Assembly (NCBI GenBank): GCA_965140445.1
Contig: OZ223236.1
Span: 4,640,001 to 4,704,000, forward strand
Origin: Candidatus Ozemobacteraceae bacterium
GTDB lineage: Bacteria > Muiribacteriota > Ozemobacteria > Ozemobacterales > Ozemobacteraceae
Reading direction: 5' to 3'
DNA: 64,000 nt
Notes under the pieces: generated by a model
What the model was told of the DNA's origin: nothing
The model's input: only the letters and a program-made list of their open reading frames with translations
Database searches by the model: none
In this document: piece after piece, positions 36,555-45,050 of the stretch
How positions within the stretch are numbered: position 1 is the first letter of the stretch
Layout of the letters: every line of letters begins with the position of its first letter
Translations under genes and position numbers: made by a program

Positions 36555-37466
36555 CTATTCTACAGTAACCATTTCCTTAATCGCTTTAAAACGTTTTTCA
36601 ATGGTTTCCATATCAAGATTCTTATAAGAATCGATACTAAAATTTTCTACGGTAATTGAGCCCATTGCGCTTCCATAAAGCATGCTCTTTCTGAAACCCT
36701 GCTCTGAATAATCGCCATGTCTGGCAAGGCTTCCCATAAATCCGCCTGCAAATGAATCCCCTGCCCCAGTAGGATCGGTGATGTCCGGAATCGGGAAAGC
36801 AGGAGTAAAAAACATAGAATCCTTAGTAGCTGTCATAGCACCAAGTTCGCCCATTTTAATAACAACACGTTTGGGTCCCATTGCCAGAAGCTTGGGAACA
36901 GCAGGGGCAAACTTTTTTTCGCCAGCAAGCATCAACGCTTCCTGAAAATTGATGAAAAGAACATCTATCTTCTTAATAGCTTCTTTTAACAAATCACAAG
37001 AGATATCAATCCAGAGATTCATGGTATCAAGAGCAATGATTTTTGGATTATTAACTTTTTCAATAACCTTAAGCTGGAGAGCAGGATGTATGTTTCCGAG
37101 GAAAACCAATTCTGCGTTTTTGTATTCTTCAGGGAGCTGGGGATCGAAGCTTTCGAAAACATTCAATTTGGTGTCATGAGTGGTAGCATCACCAAAATCT
37201 TCGCCATATGATCCTGACCAGTGGAATGTTTCACCATCTTCTTTTACTTCAAATCCACCAAGATCAACTTTATGATCTTTTAGAAACTGAATATGATCCT
37301 TTTCAAAATCGTTACCTGCAACACCAACCAACCCTACGTTTGTAAAGTAACTGGCAACAGTAGAGAAGTATACTGCCGAACCACCAAGAGCACGCTCGCG
37401 TGTTCCTTTAGGTGTTTTAAGAGTGTCGTAAGCAACTGACCCAACAGCGATCATTTTAACGCTCAT
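36555..37466 (-). CDS. PfkB-family sugar/nucleoside kinase
   Basis: GSVAYD...LGGSA, DTMNLWI, DPTGAGDSFAGG. Confidence 0.9.
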   Translation of the reverse strand: MSVKMIAVGSVAYDTLKTPKGTRERALGGSAVYFSTVASYFTNVGLVGVAGNDFEKDHIQFLKDHKVDLGGFEVKEDGETFHWSGSYGEDFGDATTHDTKLNVFESFDPQLPEEYKNAELVFLGNIHPALQLKVIEKVNNPKIIALDTMNLWIDISCDLLKEAIKKIDVLFINFQEALMLAGEKKFAPAVPKLLAMGPKRVVIKMGELGAMTATKDSMFFTPAFPIPDITDPTGAGDSFAGGFMGSLARHGDYSEQGFRKSMLYGSAMGSITVENFSIDSYKNLDMETIEKRFKAIKEMVTVE

Positions 37467-37539
37467 CTAGTTCCTCCAGAAATTTTATTCAGATTTAAAA
37501 TATATCAGTAGAATCCAATATTAGCAAATTTAAGCTGTA

Positions 37540-39093
37540 TTATTTGTCCTGTTTCTTTTGGCTAATTGAATAAAAGTGTGCAATTTTCATGATTACCAGA
37601 ACTTGAACACCAAGAGAAACCAGCACAGCCACGTCAATCCAGCTTCCGTATGAGAAAAAGGATAACCCACCAATCAACATAAGCGAGGAAATACCATCTC
37701 CAAGCCTAAATACAACAGTATCGATAAACCCCTTACCCTGATATTTCTGCTCTCTGCTAAGTGGAATATAAATAAGCTCTCTTAAAGCTCTTCCTGTTGA
37801 ATAATTTAATGCGTACCTGATAATCAGGGTCCAGGAAACAATCGAAAGCGATGGAACAAACAACATTGCAATACTTCCGGCCACCTGGATAAAATTCAGT
37901 AAAAGCAATCCATAAACTGGATTGGCGAATGACATTAGCAATCTGGTAACAAAAAACTGAGTAAACAACGATATGCTGTTAATTCTATTGTAAATTCCAG
38001 CAACGAATTCTGTTCTTCCATTCAAATCATTCGCAAATGTTGTTTCAACCATATGGTTAAATTGCTGAAAAAACATGGTGCTGGAAAATGTGTAGGTGAA
38101 CATTTCTAAAGCCATAAAAATCAAGACTGGTGTGGCAATAACCTGAGAAAAACCATCCCAGGGTCTTGGGGGATGAGCAGGCTTATTTGGTTTTCCATTG
38201 TCGTCGGGTACACCAGCTGGCTGATAATGATTTGAATGAATGAATTTCATACACCAGATTGAAGGATAAAGCAGCAAAGAAGCAAGAATAAAAAGGTTTG
38301 AGGTTCCGATCTCTTTTACCAGAGCAGAGGTTAAAAGACCGCCGAACAAACCACCAAACAAACCGCCATATCCAATAATTGCATAAAGTCTACGGCTTTG
38401 GCCCACAGAAAAAACGTCATTCATAAACGACCAGAACATACTGACCGCAAAAAGAGCGAATAAATTTACCCATAGGTAGTAAAAACCAATAAAAATGCTT
38501 TTGCCTAATCCCGGGCTGGGTCTGCTAACTTTTTCAGGAATAGGTACCGCTTCTTTTAAAACTACCGGTTCAATATTCTCTACTTCGCCAACTGCGCTCA
38601 CACCGTTAAAAGTTTCGTTTTCGCTTTCTTCAGATAATCCTGCATTATCTTTTTCGCTACTTTCTTCGCTGCTTATTACGGGGGTTTCGGTGGCAATAGC
38701 ATCAGAAATGCCCGTGATTACTGTTTTTACACTCAAATCCTTTTGAGGGGCAGAAGGATTTATCGGAAAAACAAATGCAAAAACAAGCCAAAACGCCAGC
38801 AGGCAAACTACAAAAAATCTTGTAATAAACGGGATAAAAATATCTCGTTTATAGCGCCCAACAACCAGACTATAAATAGCGTTTCCGGCAAAGAGACTGA
38901 GCATTGAAAGAATATTCAGGAGAGGAATATTTTTTGCCCCAAGTTCTAGCGCCAGACTTCCTCTAATTGGCTTAATAACATAGTATGAAGAGATAACACA
39001 AAAAAAGTATGCGATGGAAACAAGGGTTATCTTGAGCTCACTGAACTTAATCCCAAGAATTTCTCTTTCGTTTTTTTCCTCAGCTGTCTTCAA
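37540..39093 (-). CDS. NTT/TLC-family (ADP/ATP translocase-like) MFS transporter
   Basis: YYVIKPIRGSL, WVNLF...SMFWSFMNDVF...QSRRLY, RELIYIPL..EQKYQGKGFIDTVVFRLGD; TTG start. Confidence 0.85.
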   Translation of the reverse strand: MKTAEEKNEREILGIKFSELKITLVSIAYFFCVISSYYVIKPIRGSLALELGAKNIPLLNILSMLSLFAGNAIYSLVVGRYKRDIFIPFITRFFVVCLLAFWLVFAFVFPINPSAPQKDLSVKTVITGISDAIATETPVISSEESSEKDNAGLSEESENETFNGVSAVGEVENIEPVVLKEAVPIPEKVSRPSPGLGKSIFIGFYYLWVNLFALFAVSMFWSFMNDVFSVGQSRRLYAIIGYGGLFGGLFGGLLTSALVKEIGTSNLFILASLLLYPSIWCMKFIHSNHYQPAGVPDDNGKPNKPAHPPRPWDGFSQVIATPVLIFMALEMFTYTFSSTMFFQQFNHMVETTFANDLNGRTEFVAGIYNRINSISLFTQFFVTRLLMSFANPVYGLLLLNFIQVAGSIAMLFVPSLSIVSWTLIIRYALNYSTGRALRELIYIPLSREQKYQGKGFIDTVVFRLGDGISSLMLIGGLSFFSYGSWIDVAVLVSLGVQVLVIMKIAHFYSISQKKQDK

Positions 39094-39225
39094 TTAAAAT
39101 TCCTTGTGAAGTTTGGCGCTATTATAAGCCTATTTAGCTAAAAGTCAAAGACAATATGAAGAAAGTTACGATTTTTTTCTGCAAAGCAACATAAAAAAAC
39201 CTTGCATTAAAAACCACCTTAATTC

Positions 39226-39762
39226 TCACAGCGACAATATATGCTGCACCGCGCCTTTTAAATCTGCATAGAAAGAAATTTCCTCATAGCCAGCAAATAC
39301 GTTTTCAGAAATTATAACTGGCTCAACTCCAGCTCCTAATGCTGCAAGCAAATCTGATTTTCGATCACCTATAAAGAAAGACTCCTGAGGATTAATATTC
39401 AAATCTTTTATTGCCTTAAGAACCATACCGGATTTTGGCTTACGACAATCACATTCAGTAGTTCCATCATCTGAAGGAAAATCAGGATGATGGGGACAGA
39501 AATAAATAGCATCAAGCTCAACATCTTTTTCGTGAAGCTTACTCTGAAGTTTTGAATGGATTTTTTCCAATGCAGAATGCGAGATTTTCCCTCTCGCTAT
39601 TCCAGACTGATTAGTGATAAGAACGAGGAGAAATCCTGCCTGCTTAAGCTTAGCCAAAGCATCGGCTGCTCCTGGAAAAAGTTCAAAGTCGTTTGGATCA
39701 GAGATATATCCTGGATCAGGATTTAATGTGCCATCGCGATCTAGAAATATTGCTTTATTCAT
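39226..39762 (-). CDS. gmhB: D-glycero-manno-heptose-1,7-bisphosphate phosphatase (HAD IIIA)
   Basis: FLDRDGT, TNQSG, CPHHP...CDCRKP, GDRKSD. Confidence 0.85.
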   Translation of the reverse strand: MNKAIFLDRDGTLNPDPGYISDPNDFELFPGAADALAKLKQAGFLLVLITNQSGIARGKISHSALEKIHSKLQSKLHEKDVELDAIYFCPHHPDFPSDDGTTECDCRKPKSGMVLKAIKDLNINPQESFFIGDRKSDLLAALGAGVEPVIISENVFAGYEEISFYADLKGAVQHILSL

Positions 39763-40762
39763 GGGGAAAACACTCCGGATACATCTTTTGTATTTGTGCA
39801 AATACCCAACCAGGCTCCATTCCGTTCAAACAAGACCTGTGATCACATACTTCCTGGTGACACTCAAGGCAGCTCAGATCTTCCCGGTACAAAATGAGAT
39901 CTTTCTCGCCACGTGGTGCAACCGCTCTTCTGGTGGTAGGTCCAAAGAGGGCTACAACATTAGTTTTAACCGCCCAGGCGATATTCATTGGACCAGTATC
40001 TGCGGTTAAAAAGAGATCTATAGCTCCAAGCAGAGACGCGAATTCGGGAATACTTACAGATGGCTGCAAGACCGCTACAGAAGTTCCCACATCATCCAAT
40101 ATTCTTTTGGCATCACTCTCTTCTCCTGGGCCCCAGGTAATGATTGCCCTCTTGCCAGTTTTGCTATGCCACAGTTTTAAAAATTCAACATAGTGTTCCT
40201 CGGGCCATTTTTTTGAAGGATAAGTGGTATGCGGGTTTATTGCCAAAACCGGGAAGCTAAGTCCAGAATCTTCAATAAAGGCTTCGGCTTTAGCTATTGC
40301 CGCATCTGAGAATTTTAAATCAGGCTCGGCAACCTTTCCCTCTATACCAAAGTAATTAAAAAATTCATTAAACAAGTGCAGTAAATGTTTATTAGGGTCT
40401 TTTGGGGAAAAAGTAGCCTTGTATGCATTTCTACGAATTCTGTAATCAAAACCATATCTTTCCTTTATCCCTGAAAAAAGAGAAAGAACCGCGGTTCTGG
40501 GATTTCCGAACAAATCGAAGAGCTTGGAGTATTTTTCCCGTCTGATAGCTTTAATCAGCTTAAAGGTTTCTACAAGACCAGCTCCAGATGAAAGTTCAAA
40601 CAGCTTTACGTTGAGTGAAGGGGGAATAATCTGGCCGAATGGTTTTTGGCAAACCAGACCAATTTTGGCTTCAGGCTCTCTTTCGCGAATCATGGTGATA
40701 GATGGAATCAAATGAACAATGTCGCCGAGTCCTTTAAGACGAATAATTAAATAGCCAGACAT
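39755..40762 (-). CDS. Glycosyltransferase family 9 (LPS heptosyltransferase-like)
   Basis: IRLKGLGDIV, KKWP, DTGPMNIA, LFGPT, C-x2-C-x4-C-x4-C; start ATG 40762. Confidence 0.88.
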   Translation of the reverse strand: MSGYLIIRLKGLGDIVHLIPSITMIREREPEAKIGLVCQKPFGQIIPPSLNVKLFELSSGAGLVETFKLIKAIRREKYSKLFDLFGNPRTAVLSLFSGIKERYGFDYRIRRNAYKATFSPKDPNKHLLHLFNEFFNYFGIEGKVAEPDLKFSDAAIAKAEAFIEDSGLSFPVLAINPHTTYPSKKWPEEHYVEFLKLWHSKTGKRAIITWGPGEESDAKRILDDVGTSVAVLQPSVSIPEFASLLGAIDLFLTADTGPMNIAWAVKTNVVALFGPTTRRAVAPRGEKDLILYREDLSCLECHQEVCDHRSCLNGMEPGWVFAQIQKMYPECFPHE

Positions 40763-40994
40763 TTTGGGCCTTCTTCTGTTCGATTTTGAGTTCAAATAAT
40801 ACCAAAGTAGAGCCGAATTGTCGAATCACCGAAATATATGATTTTTTTAATTTTCCTGGCAGTTAAAAATGTAGATTTTACATACCCCTTCTCGCTTTTC
40901 ATTTATAAATGCGGCTTTTATAGGGCTTGAATTTTTATCTCCGGAGTACTATACTTAGGGCACTTCAGGCGTAGTGTGAAATATAGGAGTTTAT

Positions 40995-41174
40995 ATGCCC
41001 ATAAAAAAAGAGTTACTGGACATACTTGCCTGCCCAGCATGCCATGGACAGATCGTTTACAAAGAAGACAAGGACAGTCTTGACTGCCGCGACTGCAAAA
41101 GAAGATACCCAATTAGAGATGATATCCCCGTAATGTTGGTTGAAGAGGCTCAGATTATTGAAGAGGTTCCATAA
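40995..41174 (+). CDS. Trm112-family (UPF0434/YcaR-like) protein, 59 aa
   Basis: Manual translation MPIKKELLDILACPACHGQIV...LDCRDCKRRYPIRDDIPVMLVEEA; RBS AGGAG; below the ORF-track length cut-off. Confidence 0.93.
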   Translation: MPIKKELLDILACPACHGQIVYKEDKDSLDCRDCKRRYPIRDDIPVMLVEEAQIIEEVP

Positions 41175-41183
41175 ATTTAATAT

Positions 41184-41954
41184 ATGCCAATAATAAACGT
41201 AAATATGGCTTATCAGCGCATGACAAATGACGGATTTGATTTTCTGGAACACCAGGACTTACACCCGGAGTTTTACTTTGCTGGTGATGCCATTGATTCA
41301 ATCTCAGAATCGGTAATTACAGATTTTCGGGCGGAAGTAAAAGCTCGAAACTTTGCACCAACTTTCCATGCCCCATTCTTTGATTTAAGTTTAGGCGCAC
41401 GTGATCGCAAAATTCGTAAAGTCAGTCTTGATCGTTTGATGTGGGCGGTTGAAGCTGCCCACAAAACAAATGCATCACAGGTTGTAATTCATCCAGGTTT
41501 TGGCCCATGGGTTCATGGCCATCGACTTGAGCCATGGCTTAAAAGAGCTGAAGTAAAAATGCGTCGGCTTATTGCTCATGCAGAATCTCTAGGACTAAAA
41601 TTGGCTTTTGAAAATATCTATGATCAGAATCCAGACGATCTGCTGAGATTTTTAAGTTATTTTGAAAGCCCCAACGTAGGAATATGCTTTGACATAGGAC
41701 ATTTCAACGTTTTTTCAAAGGTTCCTATTACTACATGGCTTGAAAAATTTGATTATAAGATTTTTGAAATCCATTTACATGATAACGATGGAACCGCTGA
41801 TCAGCACCTGGCAATTGGCGACGGGAACATAAATTATGACCCATTGATTGAATGGCTTAACGGCAGACTTGATAAGCCAAGGCTAACCCTTGAAATGCCA
41901 CAAAAAACTCATGTTATAAAATCCGTGGTCAAAATGCAAAAATGGTTTAGATAA
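41184..41954 (+). CDS. Sugar-phosphate isomerase/epimerase (xylose-isomerase-like TIM barrel)
   Basis: HAPF.DL, HPG, EN, FDIGH, IHLHDNDG..DQHL..GDG.I. Confidence 0.85.
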   Translation: MPIINVNMAYQRMTNDGFDFLEHQDLHPEFYFAGDAIDSISESVITDFRAEVKARNFAPTFHAPFFDLSLGARDRKIRKVSLDRLMWAVEAAHKTNASQVVIHPGFGPWVHGHRLEPWLKRAEVKMRRLIAHAESLGLKLAFENIYDQNPDDLLRFLSYFESPNVGICFDIGHFNVFSKVPITTWLEKFDYKIFEIHLHDNDGTADQHLAIGDGNINYDPLIEWLNGRLDKPRLTLEMPQKTHVIKSVVKMQKWFR

Positions 41955-41966
41955 TTAGCCTAAAAC

Positions 41967-42007
41967 AAAAATCCCCTCGTATCATATCAATACGAGGGGA
42001 TTTTTTT
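41967..42007. terminator. Bidirectional terminator
   Basis: AAAAATCCCCTCGTAT/ATACGAGGGGATTTTTTT. Confidence 0.9.
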
Positions 42008-42024
42008 ATTTCTGTTTGAGTCTA

Positions 42025-42783
42025 CTATTTTCCGCTTTTTACAAGAGAATTATAGAGTCCAAGATATTTTTTGTATTCTGCATAAGATGCTTTGGCAATT
42101 GCAGCATCACCCTTTTGAGTGGCGTCCATATAGCCCTTATAAGCAGAAAGATATCTGTCATAAGCTGTCTGAGAGTCCATTCCAGCAGGTTCTTGAGGGG
42201 CAGCGGCGGCCTGGGCTGGTTTTTCAACTGCTGCAGCCGGAGCGGCTGCCTTATTATTCAGTTTAGCAAGGAAATCAGCACATGCAGCACTTTCTTTGGC
42301 AGCTGCTTCTGAGTCTATTGAAGTTTGGCTAACCATTACAGATTTGCCCTTTCCAAACAGCTTAGAAATACCCTTTACGATGAGTCTTGCACCCAATCCG
42401 CCTGCAATTGCGCCAACAGCCAGCATAGGAAATCCCATTCCAATACAAAGGGCTCCACCAGCAACTGCTCCTGCAACTGTAGCAAAGTTTGCAAAACTGT
42501 TGGTTGTCCAGCCTAGAACTTTTTTACCAACAATATATCCGCCTGCAGCGCCAACAGCCATTCCAAGAGGACCGCCACCAACAGCAGCACCAACAACACC
42601 ACCCATTAAACCAGCTGCGATAGCTCCACCATTAACAAATATTGATTTTCCAATATTCTTTGCAGAAGTCCATATAGAAGCCTGAGCCGTCATTGGAGCA
42701 ACTGACATCCATAGTGAGAATATCATCGAAACCACTAACAAAACTGAGAAGTCCTGTCTGCGTTTATAGGCTAGTGTCATCAT
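42025..42783 (-). CDS. Secreted glycine-zipper protein with Tyr-periodic C-terminal motif (paralogue B)
   Basis: RBS CAGGAGG; signal ending AQA; GxxxG arrays; AYDRYLSAYKGY...YAEYKKY. Confidence 0.8.
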   Translation of the reverse strand: MMTLAYKRRQDFSVLLVVSMIFSLWMSVAPMTAQASIWTSAKNIGKSIFVNGGAIAAGLMGGVVGAAVGGGPLGMAVGAAGGYIVGKKVLGWTTNSFANFATVAGAVAGGALCIGMGFPMLAVGAIAGGLGARLIVKGISKLFGKGKSVMVSQTSIDSEAAAKESAACADFLAKLNNKAAAPAAAVEKPAQAAAAPQEPAGMDSQTAYDRYLSAYKGYMDATQKGDAAIAKASYAEYKKYLGLYNSLVKSGK

Positions 42784-42830
42784 AACCATTTCCTCCTGCT
42801 GGCAGGGCCAGCGTAAACTGAATTTTCTTA

Positions 42831-42859
42831 AGTATAAGAATAGATTCTTATACCCGCAA
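42831..42859 (-). promoter_or_regulatory. Sigma70 promoter with an overlapping 22-bp palindromic operator
   Basis: TTGCGG-17nt-TATACT; GTATAAGAAT-N2-ATTCTTATAC at 42832-42853. Confidence 0.65.
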
Positions 42860-42876
42860 GGGTACACTCAATAAAC

Positions 42877-43839
42877 TCAGTTCTTTTTCAGAATAAAATT
42901 TTCTACTTCTGCCAACTTATGCTTTAGTTCTGGGGTTAAAAGGTCTCTGTTGAATCTTGAAAGAGACAATTCGATTCCCTGATCCTTTAGTCCAAGTGTC
43001 CATACGCCACCTTTGAAGGTTCCATTCTGAAGCAGTTTAACAGCTTTAACCAGACCGTTATCAAGTCTTTTAACCATACTGGCAGGAACCTTACCAGGTG
43101 CAATTCGGCTCTGATCTGAATCAACTCCAATAACTAGAAATCCGCCTCTTCTGGATGCTTCAATCAGGCCAAGTCCACTTTTACCTGAGGCGTGATATAT
43201 AATTTCAGCTCCTTGTCTTTTCATGGTCAGACCGATTTCAAAAGCTTTATCAGACTGATGGAAGGCTTCAGGGGTATCACCAACATATCTTGAAATAACT
43301 TTTATCTCAGGATTAACAAAAGAAGCGCCACGTTTGAAACCTCTTTCAAAGCTACCAATAACAGGTGAATCCATTCCCCCAAGAAATCCAATCACATTGC
43401 CTTTAGCCGCAATAGCAGCAAAAGCGCCTGCATAAAAAGATCCTTCTTCTTCATCAAAGAGAATTGAAAGAACATTCGGGCTGGTCACCACTGAATCAAT
43501 CAAAACAAATTTCTGTTCTGGAAACTTTTCAGCAACTCTTCTAATAGCGTCATTGGCGAAAAGTCCAACAGCACATACCAAATCCAATTTTTTCGAGCAA
43601 AGATACTCAAGACCTTCTTCAATACCGCCAATATTGGCTGGTTCAACTACTTCTACCGAGCAATGATAATCTTTTCTGAGTCTCATTATTCCATCGTATG
43701 CGGCATCATTAAAAGAACTGTCGCGCAAACCACCGATTGAAAGAACAACCCCAATTTTTGAGGTTTCAACAGCACTCGCAGAATCAAATGAGAAGCAAAA
43801 AACAACCAGTAAACAGAGAAACAATGCTCTAACTTTCAT
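42877..43839 (-). CDS. BMP/PnrA-family (nucleoside-binding) periplasmic protein
   Basis: GGLRDSSFN, EEEGSFYAG, GFLGGM, IYHASG, IGVDSDQ, SMVKR; signal peptide without lipobox. Confidence 0.88.
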   Translation of the reverse strand: MKVRALFLCLLVVFCFSFDSASAVETSKIGVVLSIGGLRDSSFNDAAYDGIMRLRKDYHCSVEVVEPANIGGIEEGLEYLCSKKLDLVCAVGLFANDAIRRVAEKFPEQKFVLIDSVVTSPNVLSILFDEEEGSFYAGAFAAIAAKGNVIGFLGGMDSPVIGSFERGFKRGASFVNPEIKVISRYVGDTPEAFHQSDKAFEIGLTMKRQGAEIIYHASGKSGLGLIEASRRGGFLVIGVDSDQSRIAPGKVPASMVKRLDNGLVKAVKLLQNGTFKGGVWTLGLKDQGIELSLSRFNRDLLTPELKHKLAEVENFILKKN

Positions 43840-43857
43840 TCGGCCTCCAAATTTATG

Positions 43858-44796
43858 TTAATCGATAAACTCTTTTACAAAAGGTTTTGAATCTAATATT
43901 CCAAGACCCTTTAAAACATTTTCCATTGATGCAAGAACAACTCCTGAAAAGCTTCCAGGTTCCTTCGCCAATTCTTTAAAACTCTCTAAATAGGTCTGTT
44001 CAGTAGCATAAGGTCGGTAATGTGTCATAGAATCAAACGCGTCAGCCGCTGAAATAATCAAAGCTCCCAAAGGAATTTCATCTTCTTTAAGTCCTTTAGG
44101 ATAGCCTTTTCCATTTGGCGACTCGTGATGAAACAAAACATAATCAGCAATCTTGTCCATGCCGGGAATTTCTCTGATCATTGCAGCACCAACAATCGAA
44201 TGCGATTCCATTTTTTTTCTACTTTCTTCATCAAGTGGCCCTGAACTCTGGAGAATAGAATCAGGAAGACCTATTTTACCAATATCATGAAGCATCGCTG
44301 CCACTTCAAGATCAGCCAATTCTCTCAATGAAAGTCCAAGATCCCGACCAATTGCAACACTAAGATTTCGCACACGATCCCAGTGCCCGACATGTTCATT
44401 GGCTCTGTTTTCCAGAATTTTCATGAACAGCCCCAACAAGCCTTCCAGTCTGACAAAATCACCCAGCATCTGGAGAGAATGCTCAGCTTTTTCTGGAATC
44501 TGCCAGGATTCTACCTGCGGGCCAGATGCCATTGGAGCTCTTACACTTAAAAGCCATGTACTGCCGGAAATTGTAACTGGTATCCAGAAACGACCACCAA
44601 ATCGGCTCACTGCCTCAACAAGATCTCTGGGTAAATCTGTTGGTGGAAGAGTCCCTTTCAGGTCGTGCCCGCGCCAGGTGTGACCCCACGGGAACCACAA
44701 TTGAAGGTCCTGCCCTATTGAAGAAAGTTCATCGCCAATTATTCGTAAGGCTGATTTCCAGACTTCGGTTATGCAACTGAGTTCCAATGGCTTCAT
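43858..44796 (-). CDS. HD-GYP domain protein with unrecognised N-terminal domain
   Basis: GHWDRV, LHDIGK, HHESPNGKGYP, DAFDSMTHYRPY. Confidence 0.85.
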   Translation of the reverse strand: MKPLELSCITEVWKSALRIIGDELSSIGQDLQLWFPWGHTWRGHDLKGTLPPTDLPRDLVEAVSRFGGRFWIPVTISGSTWLLSVRAPMASGPQVESWQIPEKAEHSLQMLGDFVRLEGLLGLFMKILENRANEHVGHWDRVRNLSVAIGRDLGLSLRELADLEVAAMLHDIGKIGLPDSILQSSGPLDEESRKKMESHSIVGAAMIREIPGMDKIADYVLFHHESPNGKGYPKGLKEDEIPLGALIISAADAFDSMTHYRPYATEQTYLESFKELAKEPGSFSGVVLASMENVLKGLGILDSKPFVKEFID

Positions 44797-45050
44797 CAGG
44801 ACTTTATCTCCGATCAGGAATTAAATTTTATACCAGCAAAGTATAACAGATATTCTTTTAGCAAACCAGTTTTAACCAAAAGCCATTTCAAAGCGAATTG
44901 CAGATCACTCCTCTGCAACTGGCAGCCCTATCTGCACTAAGTTCAAAATTTGTAAACCATCCCTTTTAATCAATTCATAAAAATGTATTTAACTGGACTT
45001 TTGAATCATGCAAAACTAAAATCTAAACTACACAAAGCAGGAGAATCTAA

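Noticed and set aside
40940..40985. GGGCACTT...GTAGTG resembling a c-di-GMP-II riboswitch core
   Set aside because: The 5' GGAAA element, kink-turn, pseudoknot arm and GCAACC ending are missing; the match is too short.
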